A DNA stretch of 63,187 nucleotides, the filler included, from Trichomonas gallinae (lineage: Eukaryota), in the NCBI GenBank assembly GCA_008369845.1. It is 3 parts of 3 records of this genome, joined end to end, with 100 filler letters (N's around TTAATTAATTAA, not from the genome) between each part and the next. Parts side by side here need not be neighbours in the genome. Positions count along the whole stretch, not along the records: positions 1 to 19,666 come from MRSU01000784.1; 2 more parts are not named here. One strand, given 5' to 3'. The notes beneath the pieces were generated by a model. That model saw only the letters and a list, made by a program, of their open reading frames with translations. It was not told where the DNA came from and did not search any database. Shown here piece by piece: positions 1 through 11,316 of the stretch. A program made the position numbers and the translations under genes. Each line of letters opens with the position of its first letter. Positions within the stretch are counted from its first letter, which is position 1.

Positions 1-164
1 TTGACTGTTGTTGAGACGATTTCAAGGACGCAACTCCTGATGTCTGGATCTGTTAAACGCTTGATATAGCCGTTCTCTACGTGCTGCTCCCAAATACTGA
101 GTGGCTTGGAACCGACGGAATAGAAAAGGTTCAAAAAGCCAGCCTGATATTTATCGCGGAACAT
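1..164 (-). CDS. CFAP20: Cilia- and flagella-associated protein 20 (BUG22/GTL3) homolog, N-terminal part; runs off the window start
   Basis: Not in the ORF track. Manual translation from ATG at 164 gives [54 protein letters not shown], matching the CFAP20 N-terminal pattern MF...Q.GFL...YS.GSKPL.IW...V.NG.IKR.TD.DI.S.VLEI. Confidence 0.9.
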   Translation of the reverse strand, partial: MFRDKYQAGFLNLFYSVGSKPLSIWEQHVENGYIKRLTDPDIRSCVLEIVSTTV

Positions 165-778
165 TTACGAACTTCTAATAACGTATTACCGAAAAGTGCC
201 AGAATATTTTTGCAAAAACGTTTAATTTTTCATTTAATGTTTTTTGGGATCTATATTTTATAGCCATTGCAAATAACTAAATTTTGGCCGATAATTAATG
301 AAATCTCTAGAATTAACACTATAACTGCCTTTTTCATTTATATATCTATTAGAGCTATTTGAGTATATTATAAATATCTAAGCAAATCGCTTTTTTACCA
401 AGAATCTGAAAGGAATAATGAAATTTTATAAATATTCATTGTATCATTTCAAAATATAATTATAAAAACCTATACTTCAATATTTCCATGGAAAATTTGA
501 TCATTTACATCTTTTATAAATCTTGATTTAAATATATCATATTGAAGCTTGTATCTGATCATATAAAGTTCTACTTTGTCTATATCAATGAATTTTGATA
601 TATAAAAACTCTATATAATATCACTAAAAAAATTTGGAATTTCATTGTTTTTTTATAGCGTTTTAATTGATGGAATATCGTATTTTTGTGCATGTTAATG
701 AATAATACTAAAATTAATATATAAACACATTTATCCTCTAATAATTCAAAACAATATAAATTATAATATAAAAATAGA

Positions 779-3700
779 TTAAACTGAGAGCTTCTTCAAA
801 TCTAAGGTTGATGTGCTCTTAAATGATGGATTTACGAGATATGTTTTCTGATTTCCTTTGCCTTTCAAGTAAACTTCGCCTCTTGGACGAATCTCGAAGT
901 TAAATTGGCTGACTAATTCATAAGTAGCCTGTGAAATCTGCACGAAATTAGCTTCATCAGTGCTCTGCAGTCTTGCAGCGATGTTAATTGCATCTCCAAT
1001 GATATCGAATGCTGGTTTATCTTTGCCTAAAACGCCAGCAATAATTGGTCCACCTGTATTAATTCCAACTCTAACGCTCAAATTTGCATCGAGTGCATTA
1101 TTTATCTCATCGAGTTCTCTTATAACTTCGCAGCCGAACATGACTATCTGTTCAGCATGCTTCTCTGCTGGAGCTTCTTGGTTGAAAAGTCCACCAGCTG
1201 CCATGTAAATGTCGCCGATAAGTTTGATTTTTGTCAAAATTTCGTAATGCGCCAAAATGTTGTCAATTGCATTGAAGAAGAAACTCAAGTTATGCATAAT
1301 CTCCTGCGCTGTTAAAGAAGCTGAGTAATCAGAAAACTTAACTATATCAATGAAAATAATAGAAGCTGAAGGAACAATGAACGAAATGTCTTTTTCTCCC
1401 CTGTTGATTTGAACGACAATGTCTCTAGGAAGGATCTGGTACAACAACTTTTCTGACTGAGCTTTTGCCTTTTCAGCTTCTTGTTGTTGCTCCAATAACT
1501 CAGTTTGATCGCTTAGAATTACAACGAAAGATTTAATTTCAGTAGAATTGTGCGCCTTGATTCCTAAAACCGTTATTTTGCATGGAATATTTAGCATTGC
1601 ATCAGTCAAAGCTGTTACGTTTTCTTCGTAGAAAGGAGAAATTTGTCCTGCTTTCATCAGATTTAAGTTGCTGTTGATTTTATCTGAATCATCTTGCACG
1701 AAGAATGTCTGCAAAGGCTGACCCAATAACTGCTCTGGAGTGTATCCTAGCATTGTTGTTGCTGCCGCATTGACTGTTTCGATGACGCAATGAATGTTCG
1801 TGAAGAAAATTGGATCACAAGCATTGTGAATAATGTTTCCTGCAATTGAACGCTTCATTTCTGAAGCCTGGTGGTGGTTATTCAAGAAATACTTGCTGAA
1901 GAGTTTGTTGTTGACTAAAGCAAGCGGGCTGAATCGTTTCAACAAAATCAAGGCAGCTTTGTATGAATCTCTCACCATGTTGTAATAAACTGCAATGACA
2001 ACTGAATACAAAACAATCAAGATGAAAGCAGGAGCCATAAGAATCAACATAGTCTTGTGAAGCCATTTGTACTCGACTTCAGCTAAATCTCTCAGTCTTT
2101 GAGTGACTTTCATCATTCTTGGACCCAAGTGATGCGAGAAAATGTGCAATGATTGTGCAAAAGGTAATGCTGATATTGGAGCACCAATCGCGAGTTCTCC
2201 GATTGTTGTATTCGCATAATCCTGGAAAATGTTCATGAGTTTGTTAATTGAGGCGTTTTCGTATATAGCGTGAGTACCTAAGTTGTTGTGGTCAATATCT
2301 CCATCTTGGATGTTTTCGTTGTCTAGTTCTTCGTCGAAACCGATGCATGGCTTTGACAGATTTGATCCTGACATCAATAATTGGTTTGCGTTGTCCATGG
2401 CATTCATCTGATATGTTGTCATTGCAGCTACTTCAAGTGGATTCGTGATTCTTGTTCTGTTTGGATTGTCTGAAATCGCGACACCGAAATTCAATGTGTT
2501 GACGACTTCAGCTGCATAGGACATTCTCATTGTTGCAAATTGGTCCCATATTGTCAGCTTAATGATGTTCTTATTGGCTATTGACGCGCAAATTGCCATG
2601 CCGATGCAGTCTGTCAAGAATAAATAAGCTAAAACAAGAATCGCGAAAACTAAGCAATGACTCTTTGAACTTGTCTTATGTGAATCAGTGAACTTCACGT
2701 TATCAGTATCATTATCGAACATTATCATCTCCTTTGCGTCTTGTTTAGTCTTCTGATCGAATGAGTTGATGATGCTTGTAATGTTTTTCAGTGATTTTCT
2801 TATTAAAATGTGTCCGATTAATATTGGGACAATAGCAATGATTCCCACTAAAATAGGAATGATATACAAAACAAGTTTGATCTTCTTTTGTATTTCATCT
2901 GCTTGTTCTATCTGAAAATCGCAGAAATCACTGAAAATTCCTGGAATTACTTGATAAAACATGATTAGATTCGAAGCCAAATCACAAAACTCTGTTGTTT
3001 CAAGTAAATTTGCGAGCGAAATATTGACTTTCGTCACGAAATATGCCTGGCGCATGAAGAACATTGATAATGTTGTCGCCAATGTTCCGTTGATTTCATT
3101 GACTGGCCAGCCGTTGTAACAGACATACATCGGCTGTTTGTTAACAATTAAACTTGAGGCAAAGCCGAGAATATCATCACCATCTGTTGCCATTTCCGCA
3201 ATTGCCAGTAATAACTCAGAGAAACTTGTCATTGACTTCTTTAGATTCGAAATGCTTTGAACTAAATAATCTTTGTTCACGTCGAAAACATTTTCATCAG
3301 AGTTACATTTTTCCTGCAATTCCTGAATCGATGGTTTGTATTTACTGAATGTTCCTGTGTCGTTTTCCATCTTCAATATAATGTTCATGTCATTGACTGC
3401 AACATAGAACCTTGTCTTGCTGATTTCATCAATTGTGCTCATTGACTTTGTTTGATGTTTGCATTCGCTGTCAACGATAATGAAAGCGATGATTAAAAGA
3501 GCTGTAATCGTGATTAAAAGAATGATAACCATTGGAATAATGCACTTAATTGATACAGGAAGCTTTCCTTCTAAAGCTCTATGCAATGCAAGTCTCTGTC
3601 TGTACCTAGAAAACAGAGATTTTCCAATTTGTTCGAGATATTCTTCGTCTAAATCATTCGTGCTAAAATCTGATCCAGAGTTTTTCGATTCTGCAACAAA

Positions 3701-5461
3701 CGATGAACCTTTTGTATTGTCGACTTCTTTCTTTAATATAATGCCCCTGCAGTCAATTATTCCTTCCTCCAGGTAGAATGGGAACTTTTTAACGAAGGAT
3801 CTAAATGAATAATCAACGGAAAAGTTTTTGCCTGCTTCGATCATGTTTCCTCTGTTTTTGATTTTCAATGATTCGGTGTAATTGCATTCAGCTTCTATCA
3901 GATATCTGCAGTACTCGTCACAGAACTTGCAATCGTTGGGAAAATCGTTGAGAGCTTCTCTCCAGATCGCGTCAGCTCGATTTACTGACATCGCGAGATC
4001 TTCGTAAAAATCTGTTTTAATTGTTGGATTTTCAAGGACTCCTCTTGTCATTGACTCCACCTGCCTGCTCATTGTCCTCAGCTCTGACAGTTTAACATTG
4101 GAATCGCTGCTGGATGTCGCTTGTCTTAAAATTCTGATTTTATAAATTTGAAACATCAAGAATCTTTGCGAAAAATTCAATTTGTGCTTCGAGATTAATG
4201 CGTTGCAGATGGAATTAGACATCCTGTACTCGCCTGGGAAGAAGTTTATCATCTGAACCATTGTTGCGAGAAGATCTACTGAGTCTGTGTTCAGCAAAAG
4301 ATGATCAATAAGCGACAGATCGTAAAATAATGGACATGCGTTTGTCATACCCACCTTTAGATACATCATTGCTTTCCTTTCATTATGAATTAAACCGAGG
4401 GTCTCCAAATAAGCTGATTTACCACCTGATAGCATTTCCGGTGGTGGACTGAGCTCTTTGATGATCTTTTCTTCTTTCTTTTTAAATATAAAAATTGAAA
4501 CAAAAAAATTTGCAAATAGCAAAGCAAAAGCAAGTACAATTGGTATAATATGATTCATTTTCGTCACAAAGTAGGCAACGAACATGAAAAGATCAATGGT
4601 TACTGCTGCTAAAAGCAAAGAAAATAACATCGGATTAGTTATCTGCGAGATGAAGCCTAAATCTAGTGTTAAACTCATAAAGTAACAAAATCCAATGACT
4701 CTTATGATAATAAAAACCAAGCAAGACCAGTCTGCAAATATTGAAAATATATAAGTTGCAATAATGCTCAAAACTTGAACAATAAGTATTACCCAGTTCA
4801 AAAAGCTGTTGAAACACATGAAAGGAATGTTGCTCATCGTAACAGTTCTTGATAATGTTTGCATTATAATGATATGATGGTATATTTCGTACATTACATT
4901 GATGATAGCAAAGAAAATTGTTACATGGTCAACAGCTTCGTCGTTTCCGTTGTAAATCTTAAGAAAACTTTCTCCAATCGCAAATGAAGATGGAATTGCT
5001 CCAAAAGCTGATACTAGGTCGTAAATCTTAAGTGGAAACAGCAGTGATTTAATGAAGTTCCTGTGAGCCCTATAATAGAAAATATGGAAAAGTGTTAATA
5101 AAATAACGAGTACATTCATAATTAGGAAAATTGTTTCTCTAATTGCGACTATCTTTGGTTTGTTGATTTGTATCAGTGACATTGTAGCGTAATCTAAGAC
5201 GTTTATAGCGATTTTTTCTTTATAATCAAGTGAAACTTTCCAAAATTTCATCATCGGCCATAAAGCTGTGTATAATGTCTGCAATCCCCAGTAGAATATG
5301 TACAAAAAATAGAAGATTGCCGGCAATTTCAAATCTCGATATAAAAGATTGTATAACGGAAAGATTTCATCGAGTTTACTGTACTTTGCCTCCATCAGGG
5401 TCCTCTTATATCGCGTATCATCCGCATAAGAAGGACTTTTAGAAGAGGAAGAAGAAATCAT
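779..5461 (-). CDS. Transmembrane adenylate cyclase (class III, Trichomonas TMAC type) with PAS domain, 1560 aa
   Basis: Several TM clusters and a PAS-like segment (IETVNAAATTMLGYTPEQLLGQ). Cyclase motifs LLYQILP, IIFIDIVKFS, KIKLIGDIYM, VRVGINTG and FDIIGDAINIAARLQS; the ATP-specifying K and D and the catalytic N and R are present. Confidence 0.93.
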   Translation of the reverse strand: MISSSSSKSPSYADDTRYKRTLMEAKYSKLDEIFPLYNLLYRDLKLPAIFYFLYIFYWGLQTLYTALWPMMKFWKVSLDYKEKIAINVLDYATMSLIQINKPKIVAIRETIFLIMNVLVILLTLFHIFYYRAHRNFIKSLLFPLKIYDLVSAFGAIPSSFAIGESFLKIYNGNDEAVDHVTIFFAIINVMYEIYHHIIIMQTLSRTVTMSNIPFMCFNSFLNWVILIVQVLSIIATYIFSIFADWSCLVFIIIRVIGFCYFMSLTLDLGFISQITNPMLFSLLLAAVTIDLFMFVAYFVTKMNHIIPIVLAFALLFANFFVSIFIFKKKEEKIIKELSPPPEMLSGGKSAYLETLGLIHNERKAMMYLKVGMTNACPLFYDLSLIDHLLLNTDSVDLLATMVQMINFFPGEYRMSNSICNALISKHKLNFSQRFLMFQIYKIRILRQATSSSDSNVKLSELRTMSRQVESMTRGVLENPTIKTDFYEDLAMSVNRADAIWREALNDFPNDCKFCDEYCRYLIEAECNYTESLKIKNRGNMIEAGKNFSVDYSFRSFVKKFPFYLEEGIIDCRGIILKKEVDNTKGSSFVAESKNSGSDFSTNDLDEEYLEQIGKSLFSRYRQRLALHRALEGKLPVSIKCIIPMVIILLITITALLIIAFIIVDSECKHQTKSMSTIDEISKTRFYVAVNDMNIILKMENDTGTFSKYKPSIQELQEKCNSDENVFDVNKDYLVQSISNLKKSMTSFSELLLAIAEMATDGDDILGFASSLIVNKQPMYVCYNGWPVNEINGTLATTLSMFFMRQAYFVTKVNISLANLLETTEFCDLASNLIMFYQVIPGIFSDFCDFQIEQADEIQKKIKLVLYIIPILVGIIAIVPILIGHILIRKSLKNITSIINSFDQKTKQDAKEMIMFDNDTDNVKFTDSHKTSSKSHCLVFAILVLAYLFLTDCIGMAICASIANKNIIKLTIWDQFATMRMSYAAEVVNTLNFGVAISDNPNRTRITNPLEVAAMTTYQMNAMDNANQLLMSGSNLSKPCIGFDEELDNENIQDGDIDHNNLGTHAIYENASINKLMNIFQDYANTTIGELAIGAPISALPFAQSLHIFSHHLGPRMMKVTQRLRDLAEVEYKWLHKTMLILMAPAFILIVLYSVVIAVYYNMVRDSYKAALILLKRFSPLALVNNKLFSKYFLNNHHQASEMKRSIAGNIIHNACDPIFFTNIHCVIETVNAAATTMLGYTPEQLLGQPLQTFFVQDDSDKINSNLNLMKAGQISPFYEENVTALTDAMLNIPCKITVLGIKAHNSTEIKSFVVILSDQTELLEQQQEAEKAKAQSEKLLYQILPRDIVVQINRGEKDISFIVPSASIIFIDIVKFSDYSASLTAQEIMHNLSFFFNAIDNILAHYEILTKIKLIGDIYMAAGGLFNQEAPAEKHAEQIVMFGCEVIRELDEINNALDANLSVRVGINTGGPIIAGVLGKDKPAFDIIGDAINIAARLQSTDEANFVQISQATYELVSQFNFEIRPRGEVYLKGKGNQKTYLVNPSFKSTSTLDLKKLSV

Positions 5462-6586
5462 TGATAAAAACTGACAAAAATTGAAGCCTTTTCAAATAAT
5501 TGTGAGTGATTTGTAAAATTTTCTGAAATGCTTTCAAATAATTTCAATACACAAAGAATCAATTCAAAGAATAATGAAAATTTTCTATTTGTCGCGAAAA
5601 ATCAGGAAATTGCATTAAAGACTTGTTGAAATTCATTTTCACAAGGAAAAATTGGTATAGAAGATTTTTTTATAATTTTATCGTATGCATAATTCTTCGA
5701 TATGATCGTTAATTCGTTTATTAAGACTTTTTTTACTTATTAAGAATTTTGAGATAAAAACGTTAATGTAAAAAAGTTCTGTGGTAACTCAATTTTTGAG
5801 ATAATCATTATCCCGAAGCAGACTCATTATATATGTGTAAATATTCGAGTATTTTACATCATATTCAATTAATTGAACCCATATACATTGATAAATGAAC
5901 TATAGCCGAATATAATATTGATTTCTGTGTGCAAGTTATGGGCGAGTATGCTGTAAATTTTCGGGAATAACCTTAATAACGTATTCATGATCTCAATTTC
6001 CAATTGTTATTTTTGCTAATGATATAGCTTATAGCTATAATTTATTGCACTAAACTTATTTTTATATTTTGGGAAAGAATATTTGGGCGAATGGTGAGAA
6101 ATTCAATCAGACATTTTTAAATCTCAAAAAGTCAATTACTAAAATTGAGAACAAAAAACGTGAATTAAAAATCTTATTTTTAATTTATTTGTGAGCATAT
6201 AGATTATTCATTCTTTGATTTTTTTTTTAATAAAATTGAATATTTCATTAATTATTGATTGTTATTGCAATGTTATGATCATATTGCATTTGTTAACGAA
6301 TTCAATGAGCTTTCAATTTGTCGAAATTGACTTTATTGGACTTTTTCTCAAACAATTTTTAAAAATCAAATTATTGGTAAAGCACAATAAACTCTAGTAT
6401 TAAGTTATGAATATTTAGTTAATTTCTTGTCTTTGCAGGCATTTTTAGTGAAAAATGAAATTATCAAAACATATTTTTTTTTTTTTAAGGTTTGACATTA
6501 ATTCTTTTCTGTTAAAACCCTATCATGGATCAATTATACAAATTTGTGCTATAATTTACTGATTCTATAAATTAAAAAAAAAAAAT

Positions 6587-7822
6587 TTATTCTTCCTCAT
6601 CATCTTCATCAATAAGAGAATCATCTAATTCGCCAATGATATCAAACATTGCTATGTAATCTTTTTCATCATCGTCTTTATTATTTATAAGAGTGAATTC
6701 GAAGCTTGAGAACCATACATGTGTATTAATTTCACGTTTAACTATCACAGATTGTTCAATCTCCAGATTTTCAACTTTTTCCAAAACTCGGGAATGATTG
6801 TTTGCGTCTTTGCCTCTGAAAATCCATGATTTCATCATCTTATCCTCAGTAGCATTTTCTCTGATCACTCTTACAACATAGAATTTCGGTAAAATTATTC
6901 TATCATCAACATAGAATTCGATTGTTGCACTTTGTATTTTCGGTAGCTCAGCAGTGCTATAAAATGGCTGAGCTTTAACATTCGAACCTTTCATCGTGAG
7001 TTTTGCAAGTCCATTTGCAACAATTAGATTTCCGGAAATTTTCAAGCTGTTTAAAATGGAATCAAATAAAACTTTTGCGACATTTTTGTAGAGTTCATCA
7101 TCTTTAAATTGCTTTTCAAAATATTGCTGGAATTTGATCAAATTTGCATATGAAAGCATTGAAAAGTCAACATTATTTAATAGGAAAGATAGAATAGGTT
7201 GCTCAGTAACAGCGGCTATAATCAAGTCATATCTGGAATTTTCAATATTTTTTGTTCGAGAATTTCGATTTCCTGAAGATTTCGCGTATAAAACAAGATC
7301 TTGTATGAAATCGTACTTGTAGTTGCCAAATTTATTAAGATTTATCGATTTAATATTCTTGGATATTTCTTTGATGAAGGCAGGCAAGCGTGACTTCTTT
7401 ATACATTTATTGTATATGTATCGTTGGTGGAGATTATCTATATCTGTGGTTAAGTTTTTCAAATATGGTTTAATAAACTTGAGATTGTTGAATTTTTCAC
7501 CAATATTATAAAGTTCAGCTCGAAAAGCACTAAGATCTTTCACTTCAAGTTCTTGCTTTTTGATTTCATCTTGAAAAATTAGTGTTAGAAAACTCTTCAT
7601 TTCTCTAGAAATGTTAGTATCTATATTGAATGTTCGTAAATGTGGTAATACTGTTAACCTGTCGCTGAAATATTCGCCCAGTAAATAAATTTTTGGATGT
7701 GGAACTTTGAACTCATCGTTTTCAAAAACAAGCTTATAAGTCGTGCGCTTGTTGCTCGATGCATTTATGAATTCTGAAATGTCTAAGCGAAAACTGCCAT
7801 GATCATCTATGATAGTCAACAT
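6587..7822 (-). CDS. Hypothetical protein (~411 aa); possibly BTB-like N-terminus and discoidin/F5-8-like C-terminal beta domain
   Basis: Long ORF. The first ATG is at 7822 (the track start at 7885 is TTG). Stop TAA overlaps TAAA. The domain guess rests only on the SWIFRGK...VLEKVEN...FSSFEF pattern. Confidence 0.6.
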   Translation of the reverse strand: MLTIIDDHGSFRLDISEFINASSNKRTTYKLVFENDEFKVPHPKIYLLGEYFSDRLTVLPHLRTFNIDTNISREMKSFLTLIFQDEIKKQELEVKDLSAFRAELYNIGEKFNNLKFIKPYLKNLTTDIDNLHQRYIYNKCIKKSRLPAFIKEISKNIKSINLNKFGNYKYDFIQDLVLYAKSSGNRNSRTKNIENSRYDLIIAAVTEQPILSFLLNNVDFSMLSYANLIKFQQYFEKQFKDDELYKNVAKVLFDSILNSLKISGNLIVANGLAKLTMKGSNVKAQPFYSTAELPKIQSATIEFYVDDRIILPKFYVVRVIRENATEDKMMKSWIFRGKDANNHSRVLEKVENLEIEQSVIVKREINTHVWFSSFEFTLINNKDDDEKDYIAMFDIIGELDDSLIDEDDEEE

Positions 7823-8297
7823 TGATAAAAATTCCAGCACAAAATATTTGACGTGCAAAATGTATATTATGACATGTAAAGTCAATATTTTGCAAATTTC
7901 TGCGGTTTCTTGTTATGTTTTACACTTAATTAAATAATGAAAATCGCATAAAGGCTAACCACATATCGATTGATTATGGTTTAATTATTCAATAAAAATC
8001 AAAATCAAAATTTCAAATATTCTCGAGAGAATGTTCATTTTTTTTGGATAATATTCTAATATGTTTCATCTTTTAATTCATAAATTTAAAATGTCTTTAA
8101 TCACATTCTATATCGAAATCAAAGAATTTTAATTTTTTTTTTTTGTCAAAAAATATTAATCCACATGACATAATTTCTACGATTTACAAAATCCTTAGAT
8201 TTTGTTATTATTGTAATGTATATGATCTTAAAAGGATAAATATCGAAACAAAAAAGAAATTTGAATTATTTTTCTTGGCCAAAGAAATTTTTCATAA

Positions 8298-9656
8298 ATG
8301 TTTGTTTTTGCGTTTTCTCGCTTTGCAGCCTGCTGGAGTACAGTTGGTGTTAATAGACTTCTTCAGTATAGCAACAATGTCTCTGATTCTACTTCTTTTG
8401 GCTCAACAAGAGTATCTTTTGACTCGATTCTTGCAACAATTGATGCTCCACCAAACGCTAACCAAGCTGTAATTGTTGACCTCGAAAACATCAACATCGA
8501 AAAGCTCGAAAATCACCTCAATGTCTCCTCACCAATCGTTATTAACGTTCCAGATAAAGATATCGATACAGCAGAGCTCGAGAATCTTTTACTTAAAACT
8601 GGATACAAGTCTCCAATTTACTTTGCTTATGGCATCCAAAAGATCCCATTAAACTATACACACGTAAAAACAATCGAAGAATCTTCAAATTCACCACTCA
8701 AAAAGCTGAAATTACAAAATGTTGTCACTACAATTAACTCATCTAAGACATTCGACCGTCAACGAATCGCGATTATCACTGCACCATTCGATACATTTTC
8801 TGTTGTTCCATCAGCAAAGATTGGAGCCAATCGTAATGGCATCACTCTTGCTGCCTTCCTCGAATCCATGCGTCTCGTTTCTAAATTCCCTGTTACAAAT
8901 AATTGGGTTTTAATTTTTGCTCTTGTTGATGGCCATTTCTGTGAATTAGAAGGCCTTGAGCACTTTATTACATCCATCTCAACACACAGCTTCAACGTCG
9001 AGTTCGCAGTTTCATTAGAAAATATTGCTTCAGCAACAATCAAGGGACACTTTGCAATGAAATTAAAGCGCGACTCAGCGTTTACCAAGTTCATGTATGG
9101 CCTTAAAGATGCACTTAACGCTACAGGAATTCCATTCGAATGTGATTTATCTGAAGCAAAGCATGGCCAAACAGTCTTCGGCTCACACCTTATCAACGCT
9201 TTATCACTTACAGGACCAGAAGGGGAAGATGAGCGCGCACATATTACAGATTTGAATGCTGACGTTAAACGCGCGAACGCTGTTGCTTGGGCTGTATCCG
9301 AGGCTCTCTTGCGCATGATCCATAACACCGATAACAGCGCCGTCATGAACGAACGCCGCAATGTTAACACAAGTTATTGGACAAAGATCGCTGCTGAGCC
9401 AAGAATGGTCCAAGTTAGAGATCCAAAGTTCGCTGATACAATCTCTCAGTGGATGGGCAAGTTCGGCAGTGTTAAAATAGACAAATGGAACTCTGCACGC
9501 TGCCCTAAACTTTATTCATCAAATAAGGCAAAGATCGTACTGTATAATCAGACGCCAACATCACATACTGTCTCAATATTTATCATTGCTGTTGTCTATG
9601 GTTTGGTTGTCCTTCTCGTTATCGGACGTGATAACATTAAGAAATTCTTCTTATAA
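8298..9656 (+). CDS. NCLN: Nicalin-like protein (inactive M28 peptidase fold, BOS/multipass translocon component)
   Basis: Short signal peptide and a C-terminal TM helix. IAIITAPFDTFSVVPSAKIGANRNGITLAAFLESMRLVSK..W.LIFALVDG resembles the nicalin core (IVIVAHYD.FG.AP.L..GADSNGSGV..LLEL.RLFS). TCATA Inr-like element just upstream. Confidence 0.72.
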   Translation: MFVFAFSRFAACWSTVGVNRLLQYSNNVSDSTSFGSTRVSFDSILATIDAPPNANQAVIVDLENINIEKLENHLNVSSPIVINVPDKDIDTAELENLLLKTGYKSPIYFAYGIQKIPLNYTHVKTIEESSNSPLKKLKLQNVVTTINSSKTFDRQRIAIITAPFDTFSVVPSAKIGANRNGITLAAFLESMRLVSKFPVTNNWVLIFALVDGHFCELEGLEHFITSISTHSFNVEFAVSLENIASATIKGHFAMKLKRDSAFTKFMYGLKDALNATGIPFECDLSEAKHGQTVFGSHLINALSLTGPEGEDERAHITDLNADVKRANAVAWAVSEALLRMIHNTDNSAVMNERRNVNTSYWTKIAAEPRMVQVRDPKFADTISQWMGKFGSVKIDKWNSARCPKLYSSNKAKIVLYNQTPTSHTVSIFIIAVVYGLVVLLVIGRDNIKKFFL

Positions 9657-10245
9657 TAAAAATCTACAGAAATATGATATATTATTCAAACATTTTCCCC
9701 TATCACTAATAAATCTATTTAAAACTTTTCAATCTAAAAAAAAACAAAAATTGTTATATTTTTTAGCAAATTATTATAAAAATGGATCATTTACTTTGAA
9801 AAATATACTTTTATGGTCATAAATATTGATAGAATTTGCTTAAAATTTGATTTTAGCTCACATTCAATTTTAAAAATAAAATTAAAAAACAAAGTTCATA
9901 TTAAATCTTGTATATAAACTCAATATGAGCATATTAGTTATAAAATTACGAGAATAAGTTTATTGCATTGTATTTTGTCACCTTCTATTCAAAATGGGCA
10001 GCCAAATTATTTACATGTCAGGCGGTTATTGAAGACGATAAAAATACAGAATTTCGATCAAATTTTATTTCATGATCCCTAAATTTTGTGTTTATATTAA
10101 TTACTATGTTGTATACTTTAATATTTGAGCTACGATTAATTCCAATTTTATCGGGAAAAATTTTCGAAAAATTGTGTTTTAAAACATGAGATAATCATAT
10201 GATAAAATTTGAGAAGCACACAAAAAATAATATATATTCAATAAG

Positions 10246-10273
10246 TGCGGTTTTGTCAACTAGTCACATCACT
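10246..10273 (+). promoter_or_regulatory. Core promoter of the peroxiredoxin gene: M3-like element TGCGGTTT plus tandem Inr (TCACA, TCACT)
   Basis: TGCGGTTT at 10246-10253, TCACA at 10264 and TCACT at 10269, within 35 nt of ATG 10281. These match T. vaginalis M3 and Inr consensus as recalled. Confidence 0.6.
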
Positions 10274-10280
10274 TTAACTA

Positions 10281-10871
10281 ATGCTTGTCGGCAACAAGGC
10301 TCCAGCATTCAAGGCAACAGCTGTCTTCCCAGATCAGGACTTCAAGGAAGTTTCCCTCGATCAGTACAAGGGCAAGTGGCTCGTTCTCTTCTCATATCCA
10401 CTCGACTTCACATTCGTCTGCCCAACAGAGATCATCGAGTTCTCTAACAAGCTCCCAGAGTTCAAGAAGATCGGCGCTGAAGTCCTCGGCATGTCCGTTG
10501 ACTCCCAGTTCGTCCACCTCGCTTGGCTCAACACACCACGTAAGGAGGGTGGCCTCGGCAAGATCGACTACCCACTTCTTGCTGACCTCGGTGGCAAGAT
10601 CGCCAAGGAGTATGGCTTCTACATGGAGGAAGCTGGCCACGATCTCCGCGGCACAGTCATCATCGACCCAGAGGGCATCATCCGCCACGTCCAGATGAAC
10701 CACCCAGATGTTGGCCGTAACGTTGATGAGATCATCCGCCTCGTCAAGGCTTATCAGTTTGCTGCTAAGCACGGCGAAGTTTGCCCAGCTCAGTGGCACG
10801 GCGAAGGCGACCTCACAATCAAGCCATCTCCAAAGGCCTCCAAGGAATACTTCGGCAAGGCTAACAACTAA
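10281..10871 (+). CDS. TPx: Typical 2-Cys peroxiredoxin (thioredoxin peroxidase)
   Basis: [12 protein letters not shown] (peroxidatic Cys), GRNVDE and GEVCPAQW (resolving Cys). Strong high-expression codon bias; TAAA at the stop. Confidence 0.97.
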   Translation: MLVGNKAPAFKATAVFPDQDFKEVSLDQYKGKWLVLFSYPLDFTFVCPTEIIEFSNKLPEFKKIGAEVLGMSVDSQFVHLAWLNTPRKEGGLGKIDYPLLADLGGKIAKEYGFYMEEAGHDLRGTVIIDPEGIIRHVQMNHPDVGRNVDEIIRLVKAYQFAAKHGEVCPAQWHGEGDLTIKPSPKASKEYFGKANN

Positions 10872-11097
10872 ATTTTTAAGTATCAATCTTGATTGTAGTA
10901 AAAACCAAGGTCTGCTTTACCTAAAATCATAATTTTTTACATCTCCACTTTAATAACTATGGAATATATTTGTTTCTTAAGCAATATTCAAAAATTTATC
11001 ATTATCATTTTCCAATATAGCAAAAATATAATGTTAAATTAATAAACTTTTCATTGTCATTTATTAAATGGCATGAAAGCATTGATTTCCTATGTTG

Positions 11098-11310
11098 AAA
11101 AATATGCCATGTAAGTTTCATAAATATGTCATGTAAATGTCAAAAAAGTTTGTAAATTCTCAAAAAGTTATAGTGTATAAAAATTACAAAAATATAAGGC
11201 CATGTTATTATTCTCTTCATGGAGAATTAATTCATAGCTTGAAAAGCCCAGATTATCAATGGGATAAAAATATGCCATGTAAATGTCAAAAAGTTTGTAA
11301 ATTGTCAAAA
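11098..11310. repeat. Short direct duplications upstream of the ZNF277-like gene
   Basis: AAAAATATGCCATGTAA occurs twice (~11098, ~11266). CATGTAAATGTCAAAAA(A)GTTTGTAAATT occurs twice (~11130, ~11276). Confidence 0.7.
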
Positions 11311-11316
11311 ATTATA

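Noticed and set aside
81..263. 60-aa plus-strand ORF
   Set aside because: GTG start, antisense to CFAP20 and its promoter.
5806..5970. Possible MITE bounded by TCCCGAA...TTCGGGA
   Set aside because: The inverted repeat is only ~7-10 nt, with no target-site duplication and no second copy.
10199..10932. Multiple overlapping and antisense ORFs over peroxiredoxin (likewise over Arf1, ENT, nicalin and Misato)
   Set aside because: Expected by-product of strong codon bias, which depletes stops in alternative frames; no recognisable motifs.
11137..11316. N-terminal extension of the ZNF277-like ORF
   Set aside because: Consists of duplicated promoter-like motifs; ATG 11317 is the more plausible start.
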